A stretch of DNA of 38,934 nt from a virus (lineage: Duplodnaviria > Caudoviricetes), in IMG/VR virus record IMGVR_UViG_3300038314_001026, positions 1 through 38,934 of that record, one strand, 5' to 3'. Positions 11,115 through 20,893 of this stretch are shown here, one piece after another. Numbering within the stretch: the first letter of the stretch is position 1; the number at the start of each line of letters is the position of its first letter. Position numbers and translations under genes: made by a program. The notes under the pieces were generated by a model. The model saw only the letters and a program-made list of their open reading frames with translations, did no database searches and was not told the DNA's origin.

Positions 11115-11553
11115 AAAACCTCACCAGTTTAACATAATCTTCCTTGTTCGGACCAAATTTTTTTAGCACTGCTTCCTCTTCAAATCCTAGGTATTTTGCA
11201 AACTTAACTGCATTTTCAAACTCTTTTATAACATGACAATCCACTCGATGAAACTTAAATTCATTCGCTATCATGTTTAAATAGTACTTTATATCTTTAA
11301 TACAACGGATCTTATTCTTCTTAAACTTTTCAGACAAGAACATGTATGCCTCGCCAACCCCATTCCAATAGGGCATGACCCCGCATATTCCTACCACATC
11401 AGGCCTATCAAACCATGAAAATGTAGCACCATTATATTTCAAGGCATCTAACAAATTTGGCCATGTCTTTCCATAATTATTTATCATCTTCTGCTCAGGT
11501 CCTGATAACTTTATATGATCGAAGTGCCATGTCTCAAAAGGAACTATTTTCAT
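11107..11553 (-). CDS. GNAT-fold acetyltransferase-like protein (T7 gp13-like position)
   Basis: Start ATG 11553 overlaps tail B stop (ATGA); GICGV..W.GVGEAY, HRVDCHV, NAVKFAKYLGFEEEA motifs. Confidence 0.7.
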   Translation of the reverse strand: MKIVPFETWHFDHIKLSGPEQKMINNYGKTWPNLLDALKYNGATFSWFDRPDVVGICGVMPYWNGVGEAYMFLSEKFKKNKIRCIKDIKYYLNMIANEFKFHRVDCHVIKEFENAVKFAKYLGFEEEAVLKKFGPNKEDYVKLVRFYE

Positions 11554-13865
11554 CTTACAGACGTCATCATGTGTACCATCATCCCTAATATTGTGCAAGG
11601 CAATGGATCGGATGATAATGCGTATACTTGTTTTTCTTTTTCGTAGTGTCCAGGAAATAACATTTCAAAGTCTCCTGACTTTGCCTTTAATGCATGAATT
11701 GGATCTGTTGTTTTCCTAAACGGAATAACATCAGTCATAGAGCTAGAAGGTCCTGCCTTAAGGTTGACCGTCTCATGCAATCTCCATATAACCTTGTCAA
11801 TTCTTCCTGTCTTTCCTTGGCTTGTCCCATATTCTCCTCCTGGCTCAAGATTCATTGTCTTCATTGTTGCACTATATCCTAGCCCAACCTTAACCTCTCT
11901 TGCAGCAGTAGTTAGTGTAATCGCAGCGCTTGAGACAGTCTTATTAGAGACAACGCCGCCGTCTGCCAATACTGTAACGCTTTCTCCTTCAAGATGTCCT
12001 AGCCCTGATATGCTTGTTACAGCTGTCGCACTCGACAGGCTTAATCCTGAGTCCACAAACCAGGCATCTGATATTGTCTGCCCAGCATCTCCTCTAAAGT
12101 CTTCTTGTAAAAATTCAACATATTGCTTTGTTGCCCCATCAATTGTTCTTTCTACAATCATGTATAATGTGTCATAGGCATCATCTACTCCAGGAATAAT
12201 CGCAATGCTTTTTATCTTTGAAGGTAATTTTAAATAGTGGGTAGCACTATTATCGCTATCTGTTACTTGAATAATTGTCCTAGTTTTTGCTTGTTCTTTT
12301 GTTGATGCTAATTCTACCTCATCTGAATCTACATTATAGACATAATATGTTCCTCCATCAGTCAAGCCTCCCATTGCTCCATTACCATTTGCATCATAGA
12401 TAACCTCATCTCCAGTTGCTAATCCATGAGCTGCACTGCACGTAATTTGAAAATCTGCATCTGCAGCATTTCCAGCAAAGGCAATCTTTCTATCTCCACC
12501 TATTATATGGCGGTGCCATGCAACGACGTTTTGATCTCTGTAAAATGTCAGTCCTAACAACTGTCCATCACTGCGTACAGCCCAAAGCATGTTGTCAGGG
12601 TTGCTAGCATAGGCAAGTTGTATAATTTCAGGATAGCCGACATGCTCAGACATAACTGTCATGTCAGGGGTTGTAAAGCTGTCATAGTCAATGTTATATG
12701 CATATTCTCTAACCTTCTTCTTATTCTTTCCAACAAATAAGATTGACTTTGACGCACCTATTGGCGCAATGTTTGCAGCCCCGTCATTTGTCTCTCTTGT
12801 TGCAAGGATAGATGTAGGCGTTACACTTGCAGTTGCACTTCCTGATGAGACATTAAAAGGTCCTGCCGTTGTGAATAATGTAAGATAGCGATGAGAAAGC
12901 ATCCCTGTAATTGTTGCAACCTCACCAACGGCAAGCTGATATGTTACAGCATCATCATTGGCAACAGTTCCATCTACCGCAGTGATAGAAAAATTATCAT
13001 AATCATCAGTTACAGATCCCCATATTGTTCCAGGATAATTTAATATGTTTGCATAATATAATCTTCCCTCAAAAAATTGAACCTGAGAAGGATAGTTAGC
13101 CGCATAAAATGCTGACAGTCTCCAGTCTGTTGTTGCAGCTGTACTTTCTAGTGCAGTATTAATGACAGTGGCTGTCACTGATGTTGCACTAGAATATGCT
13201 GTAATTTTCATGAAGCGCCAATTTGACTGCTTTGTACGAATATATCTTCCTACATCTGTTGATGCAAATGTATTTGTGCTGGCAGTAATTGTAATGCTTC
13301 CACTTGTCCCGCTTGGGGTTAATGTCGTAGCAGATGTATTAAGTGTTGACCATGGCGGCTCAAAATAATTTGTTGTATCCGCTCCCCATGGAATGTCTGT
13401 AACGGTCCATGCCGTATGGCTTGACCTTGTTATCTTTACAGGGTGAAGATCAGGATGCACAACATACAAGATGTCAGCAGATTGAGCAAACCTAAGATTA
13501 GCAACTTGCGCCGCAGTCCAGTCACAGTTTGATGTAATTTCAACTACAGAGCCTCCTGATGAAACCTGTCCTTCATCCTTAAATATCCTGAAATAATTAT
13601 GTCCAAATTCTAAGACATATGCCTGCGTCTTAGAAAATATAAATGGTACTAGTACTGCCCCTGAATTTGACCCTGTCTGGGTCTTGATTCCAGCAATATA
13701 GCCAGTTCCTGATCTTTTTGTGATACCTCCGTGTGTGAAGACCTTAAAATTCTCTAATGTCTCAACACCGTTTTGATACCTGTCTAGATCAACACGGCCA
13801 GCTAAACGAGGACTAAGCTCGCCTGCTGTAAAGTTGGTAATAACTGGTACTGCCCTATTGCCCAT
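11550..13865 (-). CDS. Tail tubular protein B (nozzle)
   Basis: NFTAGELSPRL.GRVD...Y, RFAQSADILY, AWHRH, VDSG, VLADG, VGLGY motifs. Confidence 0.9.
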   Translation of the reverse strand: MGNRAVPVITNFTAGELSPRLAGRVDLDRYQNGVETLENFKVFTHGGITKRSGTGYIAGIKTQTGSNSGAVLVPFIFSKTQAYVLEFGHNYFRIFKDEGQVSSGGSVVEITSNCDWTAAQVANLRFAQSADILYVVHPDLHPVKITRSSHTAWTVTDIPWGADTTNYFEPPWSTLNTSATTLTPSGTSGSITITASTNTFASTDVGRYIRTKQSNWRFMKITAYSSATSVTATVINTALESTAATTDWRLSAFYAANYPSQVQFFEGRLYYANILNYPGTIWGSVTDDYDNFSITAVDGTVANDDAVTYQLAVGEVATITGMLSHRYLTLFTTAGPFNVSSGSATASVTPTSILATRETNDGAANIAPIGASKSILFVGKNKKKVREYAYNIDYDSFTTPDMTVMSEHVGYPEIIQLAYASNPDNMLWAVRSDGQLLGLTFYRDQNVVAWHRHIIGGDRKIAFAGNAADADFQITCSAAHGLATGDEVIYDANGNGAMGGLTDGGTYYVYNVDSDEVELASTKEQAKTRTIIQVTDSDNSATHYLKLPSKIKSIAIIPGVDDAYDTLYMIVERTIDGATKQYVEFLQEDFRGDAGQTISDAWFVDSGLSLSSATAVTSISGLGHLEGESVTVLADGGVVSNKTVSSAAITLTTAAREVKVGLGYSATMKTMNLEPGGEYGTSQGKTGRIDKVIWRLHETVNLKAGPSSSMTDVIPFRKTTDPIHALKAKSGDFEMLFPGHYEKEKQVYALSSDPLPCTILGMMVHMMTSVR

Positions 13866-13871
13866 TTCATT

Positions 13872-14474
13872 TTATGTAGTATAACGATTCCAACGATAAT
13901 CCCTCAGATTTGTCCCCGTGACTCTAGATTCTAACCAGAAGTCAGAATCTATTCCCTCAGGAGTTCCTTCCATCGCATCTACGCTCCTTGCTTCAGCTAA
14001 TTTTTTATCATACAGGCTTGTCATTGCCTCAACAACCTGTAAGTCTTGAACAAGCGGCATTGCTACATCTGCAGCAAGCCGTGCCGCAATTGTCTCTTTT
14101 AGCAAGGCGTCATATTGTCCTACCGTATCATTAACAAAAACATATGTTGTCCTGAATGTATTTGTTGTTGTTAAAAGTTTATCTCCTTCAATCTTGTATT
14201 CAATTGTGTCATCTTCAGGTAATATGATCCTTATGAAATCACCAGGCAGTTGAAACTCATAATCAAAATAATATGCTGGTGTTGTTGACAGTAAACTTAG
14301 TGCCGCACGCTTAATGCAACAGTTCCATGGGTGTGCTCTAAAAACTGCGTCTCTGGAGCTTTCATAAAACTTGTTTGCAAATCGTGCAGGCTTAGTGTCT
14401 TCTGTTAAACTTGTTATAAATTCAGTTCCAAGAAGCCCTAATGCCTTATTTACAATGTCAATTTTTGAATCCAT
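13872..14474 (-). CDS. Tail tubular protein A (adaptor/gatekeeper)
   Basis: IVNKALGLLG, HPWNC..KR..L, FQLPGDFIR, AARLAA motifs; position upstream of tube B. Confidence 0.85.
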   Translation of the reverse strand: MDSKIDIVNKALGLLGTEFITSLTEDTKPARFANKFYESSRDAVFRAHPWNCCIKRAALSLLSTTPAYYFDYEFQLPGDFIRIILPEDDTIEYKIEGDKLLTTTNTFRTTYVFVNDTVGQYDALLKETIAARLAADVAMPLVQDLQVVEAMTSLYDKKLAEARSVDAMEGTPEGIDSDFWLESRVTGTNLRDYRWNRYTT

Positions 14475-14493
14475 TAATTCCTTTAAATATTTA

Positions 14494-14518
14494 TAAGGGG
14501 GCTATAATAGCCCCCTTA
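14494..14518 (-). terminator. Hairpin after the capsid/decoration genes (terminator or mRNA stabiliser)
   Basis: Inverted repeat TAAGGGGGCTAT-A-ATAGCCCCCTTA; no clear U-tract. Confidence 0.55.
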
Positions 14519-14535
14519 ATTTAGTTTTAATACTA

Positions 14536-15027
14536 TTAGTCTACTACATATAAAATGTAGCCTACTAGATCGTCGCCATCCACCATAGCCGTTGGAGAAG
14601 TAGCTCTGATAACCACACCACCTTGTGTTTCAAAAGTGTATGTGCCACCCGTAGCTTTAATTCCAGCAAGAGCACCTTCTAATGTTTGGTACCCCACTGT
14701 ATCTACGTCTAAGCCATCTACAAGACCATCCGGATCTGCGGCCACCGCGTCGCCATCAATGTCAGTATATGCATCCCAGCCCAAATCCAATGTAGCTGAA
14801 GTTGTAGTCCAGTTTACATAAGCTCTTGAAGCTGCGAGAAGCACTTTTACTTTTCCTGCAGGCAATGCAAAAAGAGCCACAGATGAACCTGCGTCTCCTG
14901 TTCCGTCTTGGTCATGTGTAAAGTAAGCAATTCTTACCCTTCCATGATAGACGTTTGCCTCATTTAAAGTAACAGGGGATGCAGTAGCGTTTGTGTACTC
15001 TGTGCTTTTTTGAGTTGTAACAGCCAT
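14536..15027 (-). CDS. Capsid decoration/cement-like structural protein
   Basis: Immediately downstream of MCP; beta-rich with LPAG, TLDLGW, DPDGL motifs; SD AAGGA. Confidence 0.6.
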   Translation of the reverse strand: MAVTTQKSTEYTNATASPVTLNEANVYHGRVRIAYFTHDQDGTGDAGSSVALFALPAGKVKVLLAASRAYVNWTTTSATLDLGWDAYTDIDGDAVAADPDGLVDGLDVDTVGYQTLEGALAGIKATGGTYTFETQGGVVIRATSPTAMVDGDDLVGYILYVVD

Positions 15028-15044
15028 TTTCTATATCCTTCCTA

Positions 15045-15932
15045 TTATGCTTCTGAGCATTTAATTTCTAACACTTTGCCCTCTTCCATTCGAGAAGCCC
15101 CGAAAGAAGCTGAGCAATATACTTGGGTAGAGTTTCGTTTATCACGTCTTGGACCGATATCAACAGTGATATCAGCGCCAACCGCCATTAACATTCCGCT
15201 CTTAGACCATGCAATCACTCGCCTGTAATCATTTGAATCGGCAGCAACTCTTTCTGTCCTAATAAATTGGAAGCCCATGAACGAGTTAACATCTCCTTGT
15301 ACCAAGGCTTTAACTGAGTTAAAGTCAGAGCTTGTTACTTCGGTTGTTTTTAACAAGTCAGTAACTTGAAGAGAAGTTAAAGCAATATATCTTGGATCTG
15401 AAGGATCAGTTTCATTCGCGTCCAATAATCTTTTTGCTTTTCTAAGCTTTCCAATAGTTAGTCCTGAGTTAGTTGCAGAACCTGATTCAACGTAATTTAC
15501 AGCGATTTGACTTGCAGAATCGAATGATACAGAAGTTCCACCAGTCTTGCCAGATTTGGCAGTCCCGTGTGCAGCTTCAATAATAATATCATCCATTTTC
15601 CGGCCAAGAGCCCAAGCGGCATTTTGCGCGTATGGACTAGCTGGGTCAATAAGAAGTCTGATTTTATCAGTTCGATCAATCATATCTGCCCAATCAAAAT
15701 CCCTTAGAGAGACTTGACGTCTATCATGAGGGGTTGAAATGAGCGGAGTATCACTGTGTCGAGATGTTACTTCTATTGCATCAACAGATCCAATACGATC
15801 GTAGTATTCAAACTCAGCGCCTTGTGTCTCAACCCTACAAAATGGACGTAGACGAGAACCTTTTTGTTGTAAAAGGTGCTCAACGTTCGCTTTATATTGG
15901 TTGACAAAAGCTGTCGTAATTTGAGTAGACAT
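15045..15932 (-). CDS. Major capsid protein
   Basis: MSTQITTAFVNQY..LLQQKGSRLR, ALGRKMDDII, LVQGDVNSFMGFQF, GASRMEE motifs of BPP-1-like capsid proteins; SD GGAGG. Confidence 0.92.
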   Translation of the reverse strand: MSTQITTAFVNQYKANVEHLLQQKGSRLRPFCRVETQGAEFEYYDRIGSVDAIEVTSRHSDTPLISTPHDRRQVSLRDFDWADMIDRTDKIRLLIDPASPYAQNAAWALGRKMDDIIIEAAHGTAKSGKTGGTSVSFDSASQIAVNYVESGSATNSGLTIGKLRKAKRLLDANETDPSDPRYIALTSLQVTDLLKTTEVTSSDFNSVKALVQGDVNSFMGFQFIRTERVAADSNDYRRVIAWSKSGMLMAVGADITVDIGPRRDKRNSTQVYCSASFGASRMEEGKVLEIKCSEA

Positions 15933-15970
15933 ACTATGCCTCCGTTGTCATCATATTGTTTTAGTTATTC

Positions 15971-16078
15971 GAAATTGCTACCCAAGTATGGACAACCTCT
16001 AGCTTGTTTACGTCTGTGCTCTAGTCGACGGTTGGACCTTTCGGCTACCCAACAATCCTATCTTATAACAAGATAGGA
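15971..16078 (-). ncRNA. Structured 5' leader of the capsid gene (candidate cis-regulatory RNA)
   Basis: Three hairpins; two share the same GG-GUAG-C / G-U-CC internal loop, one closed by a GAAA tetraloop. Confidence 0.5.
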
Positions 16079-16091
16079 AACTCGTACACCA

Positions 16092-16958
16092 TTAAGCTGG
16101 TGCAACTGGCGTTTCATCAGGATATGCTAGCTTAAACAGATCATTCATCTTCTGTACTGCTGCAGTATGACCTTGATGGTCTCCGCTTGCATATGCAGTC
16201 ATGAAATCAGTGTCTCTGTTATACCTAGAAATCTCTTGTTGCGCCTGTTGAGGGGTCATTGTAAACTGCCTCGTAGCAGGAACATCACCCTTCCCTTCAG
16301 CAACAATCTCGCCTATATTGGCAAACATCTTTACAAACATCGGATTATTTCCCATGCCTGTACTGTTCATCCAATCTTTGACGTCTCCACTGCCAAATTT
16401 CTCAATTGCACGTTGAGCTAGGTCTATCCTTTCATCATATGCCTTGCCAAAGTCTTTTTTCATCTGTTCAACCCAATTATTCATTTGAACAGTGCCATTT
16501 TCTCCTTCTAGTTCAGCCTTTTTGCTGACGTAAGAATTATAGCCATCATATATGTCTTTGGTTTGTTTTTGTGTCAGACCTGCCTTATGTGCTACATCTC
16601 TAAATGTGCTTTCAAACTCTTCATCATATTCAAGTCCTTCTGGCAGTGTTGGTCTTTCTCCTAGGTCATATGCCTTTGCCTCATCAGGTCTTCCTATCTT
16701 TCCATAGAAATCCTTCATCTCAGTGTCAGTTGCATCTTCACTTGGTAATGCAATCCTGTCTTTTCCAATCATCCCTTGAGCGTTTATAAGGCTCTTGGCT
16801 AGATTGGGGATATCAGTAATATCCTTTAATGATGGGTCTGAGCGTATATCCTCTGGTAGAGAAGCTTTCCAATCTGCACTCGCCGTTTCAGCTGGCGCGG
16901 ACTCTGTAGCTTCTGAGCTACCCGGACTTAACACGGACCCAGTTGCTTCTTCACTCAT
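16092..16958 (-). CDS. Capsid scaffolding/assembly protein
   Basis: DWKASLPED, LAKS, GRPDEAKAY, GLTQKQ, GMGNNP motifs; acidic; lies between portal and MCP. Confidence 0.85.
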   Translation of the reverse strand: MSEEATGSVLSPGSSEATESAPAETASADWKASLPEDIRSDPSLKDITDIPNLAKSLINAQGMIGKDRIALPSEDATDTEMKDFYGKIGRPDEAKAYDLGERPTLPEGLEYDEEFESTFRDVAHKAGLTQKQTKDIYDGYNSYVSKKAELEGENGTVQMNNWVEQMKKDFGKAYDERIDLAQRAIEKFGSGDVKDWMNSTGMGNNPMFVKMFANIGEIVAEGKGDVPATRQFTMTPQQAQQEISRYNRDTDFMTAYASGDHQGHTAAVQKMNDLFKLAYPDETPVAPA

Positions 16959-17208
16959 TACTTGCCTCCATTTGTTCTAGCATTTGTGAAAAATCCTCAG
17001 GCTTCTTTTTAAGAAACTTAAGGATTGATAATGCGAGCCTTCTCATGCCTTCATTATGAGATGACCCATGTGGATCGCCTGGGACATACGTGCTGTCCAA
17101 GACAAATCCCGTCTTACAAATATGGCCAAGCACTGCCTGACCATCTTTTGTCTCAAAAACCTTTTTATACTGCTCTTGCAGTTTAACTATATCTTTACCT
17201 TGTCTCAC
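16951..17208 (-). CDS. Small head-module protein (Bbp19-like)
   Basis: YKKVFETKDGQAVL...NEGMR motif; lies between portal and scaffold. Confidence 0.7.
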   Translation of the reverse strand: MRQGKDIVKLQEQYKKVFETKDGQAVLGHICKTGFVLDSTYVPGDPHGSSHNEGMRRLALSILKFLKKKPEDFSQMLEQMEASNE

Positions 17209-18820
17209 TTGTCAATTTCTGCGCCTGTGCCATGTCTTTTGCGGCTACCGCTGACCCTTGCGCCTGTTGTGTCTGTTCCATTGCCTGCATCTGTTTTGCC
17301 CTTTCCTCTCTTTGCTGTTCAACAGCCCCTTCATCGTGCAAGATAGCAGGAGGTGCATCTAGCAGATGATGAAAATATCTGAATGTCTCATCAGCATTTA
17401 AGTTGTCAAGCAACTCTGGTTTCATCTGCAAGAGGGGCGCCATTGACTCAATCAACCTTGTAACAGTAAATAATTGAGTCGTCTTTTGCGCCTTTGCAAT
17501 AGGCGAGACATAATCTATCTTAAGATCTTGTCCTTGTATTGCTCCGGGCGCGGGAGGAATCTTATTACGTTTCATTAATAGGTTAAAGACACGGTTGATC
17601 AGTGGTCCGAGAAACTCTACCTGAAGCCTCCCAACCATTGGTCCCATCAATCTCATCTTTTCTTCTTGCCGTGCAACAACCTCAGTTGCTGTCATCTGTG
17701 GTCCTTGCTCTGGCATCTTCATCCAGTCAACATGGAATGCAGCAACAATGTGCTCTCTTCTATTTTGCACAAGGTCTGCACCAATCTCAACCCTTGCCCC
17801 TGTCAACAGAGGCTCTATCTTATCTTGCGTGCCTGCACGATAAAAGTTCAATCCTCCAGGAACTGTCCTTACAGGAAGGATAAATCCATCGTCAGGAACA
17901 AGCAAAGGAGGATCTGTAACCTTTTGCGCAGCTTTGATGATTGTCTTCATCATCTGGTTAACCATCTTAATGTCAGGAAGCGAGGTCATGGAAGGAGACC
18001 TTCCATATATCTCTCCTGCAACCTTCTGCCATCGTGGCACCATGTAAGGCAGCTCATCAAAGCCGGATTCTTCTAATAAATATTTGTCATCTTCTAAGAT
18101 GTAGCAAGACTTGTATGCCTTTTGCGCTACATTAGCTGACTTGTCGCCGTAAAATTCGCTTGGCTCTACAGCATGAATAACTGTGTATTCTCTGTAAGGC
18201 TCTTTTTCTACCATCTTCTTAACGCGTTCAGGGACGGTTTTCGGGAACCGCTCCATCAGCTGATGGCATGTTCTTTTATATTTCCTGTAGACTGTGTCTA
18301 CAAACCCCTTGTCATTCTCCATGATATAGCACTCTGCCAGGTGAAATGTCCTGAATGAGATAGGAGATCCAGGCGTGTCTTGCACCATCATCACACCGGT
18401 GCCAAATGCACCAAGGTCAAGATAGAGCTCGTGTGCCTGAGAGTTAAAGTTGCTTGCAGGTGTGTTAAAGACCCTGTCATAGATGATGTCAGTAACCCTA
18501 TGCAGCCACTCTTTCACTGAAGGCTCTTTATTAAGCTCCTCATCAAATGTCTTTAATGCAAACCAGCGTTGTGATGGGCTTGTTAAAAAGCCATGCAATC
18601 CTGACGCCAGCTGCTCATTTGCGAGAGGCGCTGTTGAATCATATATCTTTTCGTAGCGTCCACTGTCGCCCTTTGCCCGGTTATGAGAAAAATCTCCCCG
18701 GTTTGGATTAACGTACTCTGCACAATCTTGCCACAATTGCTCCCATGTTGCTCGATAGCTAGAGAGTGTCTCTTGCTTGCTAATTATGTTAGCAACTAGC
18801 TCGCGGTTGTCTGTCGCCAT
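17195..18820 (-). CDS. Portal (head-tail connector) protein
   Basis: IYDSTA, LASGL, DLGAFGTG, RW....GEIYGRSP, MTATEV..R.EE motifs. Confidence 0.95.
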   Translation of the reverse strand: MATDNRELVANIISKQETLSSYRATWEQLWQDCAEYVNPNRGDFSHNRAKGDSGRYEKIYDSTAPLANEQLASGLHGFLTSPSQRWFALKTFDEELNKEPSVKEWLHRVTDIIYDRVFNTPASNFNSQAHELYLDLGAFGTGVMMVQDTPGSPISFRTFHLAECYIMENDKGFVDTVYRKYKRTCHQLMERFPKTVPERVKKMVEKEPYREYTVIHAVEPSEFYGDKSANVAQKAYKSCYILEDDKYLLEESGFDELPYMVPRWQKVAGEIYGRSPSMTSLPDIKMVNQMMKTIIKAAQKVTDPPLLVPDDGFILPVRTVPGGLNFYRAGTQDKIEPLLTGARVEIGADLVQNRREHIVAAFHVDWMKMPEQGPQMTATEVVARQEEKMRLMGPMVGRLQVEFLGPLINRVFNLLMKRNKIPPAPGAIQGQDLKIDYVSPIAKAQKTTQLFTVTRLIESMAPLLQMKPELLDNLNADETFRYFHHLLDAPPAILHDEGAVEQQREERAKQMQAMEQTQQAQGSAVAAKDMAQAQKLTSETR

Positions 18821-19078
18821 TTATGCTCCTAATAGTGTCTTAATCAATATTTCAGCTTCATCTTCTACCCCTGCGCCGCCTGTTACCATTGTTGACTTTC
18901 TTCCTGATGCGCCTCTTTTAACCCCTCCAAGAAATGACTTCTTAGAAGCCGTCTTTATTGCTGAAGATGTTGAGGCAACTGAACTTGGAGTAGGAGCCGG
19001 TGGTGGTGGTGGTGGCGGTGGTGGAGCAGGAGATGGAGCGCTAAATATCTTTTTAACTACCTTTACTGCGCCGCCCAT
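18821..19078 (-). CDS. Small proline-rich virion-module protein
   Basis: MGG start, poly-Pro tract, GRKST, C-terminal KTLLGA; usual gene upstream of this portal type; SD GGAGG. Confidence 0.7.
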   Translation of the reverse strand: MGGAVKVVKKIFSAPSPAPPPPPPPPPAPTPSSVASTSSAIKTASKKSFLGGVKRGASGRKSTMVTGGAGVEDEAEILIKTLLGA

Positions 19079-20379
19079 ATTTTTCCTCCTAATACATCAT
19101 AGTTACTGTCAGCAACACTAGGACGTGGCTGCCGACGTGTGTTTAAATAATCTCGCGTGCCCAGTGCGAGATAGCGAAAAGCGTCAGCCGCATGCGATGT
19201 CCAGTCATGTAAAGGACGGTCGCGATAGACCTTCTTCTTCTCGTCATAATCCTTACGGTATTGCCGCAAAGCCTCAACCAGGATATTACACTGCTTCTCA
19301 TCAAAATAACACCTAGGAATTATAGTTCTTGCAGCCTCTATCCCGTCATCTATCCCTATGTGCGGACAGACCGTGAATCGTATCCCGAGCTCTCTCGAGA
19401 CCTCATATCGTGATTTTCCTGTACTCATCTCACGTACCTTGATGTCATGCGGTGCGATGTGGTTTCCATAGGCATAGTCCTTCTTATGCAAGACCTTGAC
19501 ATAGTGAGGGATGCCCTCCCCCTGGTTTTCGTAGTAATCAATGATCCTGAACTCTGTCCCATGCTGCTGGAAAAATATGATTGCCGTGCTGTCGCCAATG
19601 CCAAGGTCCCACGACGTGTGAACCTCTAGGCGCGGCTCGTACGGCACCTTTGTAATTCTCTCCTCTGCTAATGCCTTTTCCATAAGGCTTCCGTAGTATG
19701 ACCCTACCAATGGAGCGTCAAAGCTACAATAAAATTCTTGCTGTATTAATTCATCAGGCATCCCTGCTTCTTTCTCATCTTCAATTGCCTCTGCAGGCAC
19801 TGCCCTTGTGTCATCAACTGTCAGTCGTTGTGAAAACCATCGCTCATTTTTTCTAGCCATGTTAAATAGGTCATATCCGTGATTTCTACCTCTTGCGGTA
19901 TAAATAAAAACTGCCCATCCTCCATTCTCAGCCAAGATGGGACGAACGAGATTCCAGGCCCGTGGATCCTGAAGACTGTACTCTGAGAACACCACCCCGA
20001 CTGGGTTTGATCCCACAAGGCGGTCAACGTTATCTGTTCCAACAACCTGATAGATGCTTCCATTCTTTAGTTCCAAACGCATGTCTGTGTTATTCACCCT
20101 ATTCCAAAGCTCCTTAGGAAAGTGCTCTAGAAAAGCGCGACCTTCCTTGGTCATCCCATCCCAGACAATCTTACGTCCCTGATTATATGTTGGAAGAAGG
20201 TGCCAGTACAATCCTTTTCGCTGGATTGCTGATGTGACACACCAGTTGATAGAAAGAAGATCTTTTCCTGCACGGCGATGCCATACAGCTACAGCCCTCT
20301 TTCCTCCTTTTTGAAGATAGTTCCAAAGATGGTGTTGATAGTCTCGAGGTTTCCAGTCATGTGGAATTGTAATATCCAT
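19063..20379 (-). CDS. terL: Terminase large subunit
   Basis: WHRRAGKD Walker A variant, VFSEY Walker B, QEFYCSF, WDLG..DST, HDWTSHAADAFRY nuclease motifs. Confidence 0.95.
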   Translation of the reverse strand: MDITIPHDWKPRDYQHHLWNYLQKGGKRAVAVWHRRAGKDLLSINWCVTSAIQRKGLYWHLLPTYNQGRKIVWDGMTKEGRAFLEHFPKELWNRVNNTDMRLELKNGSIYQVVGTDNVDRLVGSNPVGVVFSEYSLQDPRAWNLVRPILAENGGWAVFIYTARGRNHGYDLFNMARKNERWFSQRLTVDDTRAVPAEAIEDEKEAGMPDELIQQEFYCSFDAPLVGSYYGSLMEKALAEERITKVPYEPRLEVHTSWDLGIGDSTAIIFFQQHGTEFRIIDYYENQGEGIPHYVKVLHKKDYAYGNHIAPHDIKVREMSTGKSRYEVSRELGIRFTVCPHIGIDDGIEAARTIIPRCYFDEKQCNILVEALRQYRKDYDEKKKVYRDRPLHDWTSHAADAFRYLALGTRDYLNTRRQPRPSVADSNYDVLGGKIWAAQ

Positions 20380-20687
20380 TACTCAGGGTCAGTCCCGCCA
20401 ATAGGAAGGTCCTTCAACTCATGGAATTGCTGGACAGTGACATTGATGCCGCCATCTAATGCTGCATCCATCTCTATTGCCTTTCGCTTCGGTGCGACGT
20501 ATTGCGCCAACTCCTTGTTAGCCTGGAACCTTAGCTCAGGCGTATTGGTTTGATCTTGCGCAATCATCGCAAGCGCCTCAATAGGGTCGCAATCCAGTTT
20601 CTCTAGCTTTTCAGCTATCTCCTTGGACTTTGTTCCTATAGCTCCAACAGGCCTTCCGGCCCCAGTCCTTTTTCCACCGTGCGTCAT
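20379..20687 (-). CDS. Terminase small subunit
   Basis: GGKRTGAGRPVG N-terminus, ELAQYVAPKRKAIE; coupled to terL. Confidence 0.75.
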   Translation of the reverse strand: MTHGGKRTGAGRPVGAIGTKSKEIAEKLEKLDCDPIEALAMIAQDQTNTPELRFQANKELAQYVAPKRKAIEMDAALDGGINVTVQQFHELKDLPIGGTDPE

Positions 20688-20693
20688 ATGTTG

Positions 20694-20885
20694 CTACAGT
20701 TGTGCTGTTGCTAGGCTATTTTTCAAATAATAAGGCATTACAAGATTTTGTATCCACTCATCATTATTAGCGATCGCAACCGCGCCACCTTTATTCTCTA
20801 CCGACAATGTGGTAGAGATCACACCTGAGTAGTTGTCAACAACTGTTGATTGGTCCTCATGTGTGCTGTGCGGTAATGTTGCCAT
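20694..20885 (-). CDS. Hypothetical protein
   Basis: 63-aa ORF with SD AGGAGG. Confidence 0.6.
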   Translation of the reverse strand: MATLPHSTHEDQSTVVDNYSGVISTTLSVENKGGAVAIANNDEWIQNLVMPYYLKNSLATAQL

Positions 20886-20893
20886 TTCCCCTC

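Noticed and set aside
18990-19040. (GGT)n repeat
   Set aside because: Encodes the poly-Pro tract of the small pre-portal protein.
603-20553. Many plus-strand ORFs opposite the structural genes (e.g. 603-1019, 3257-3715, 4691-5122, 11764-12177)
   Set aside because: Antisense shadows of long minus-strand genes, with no SD or recognisable motifs.
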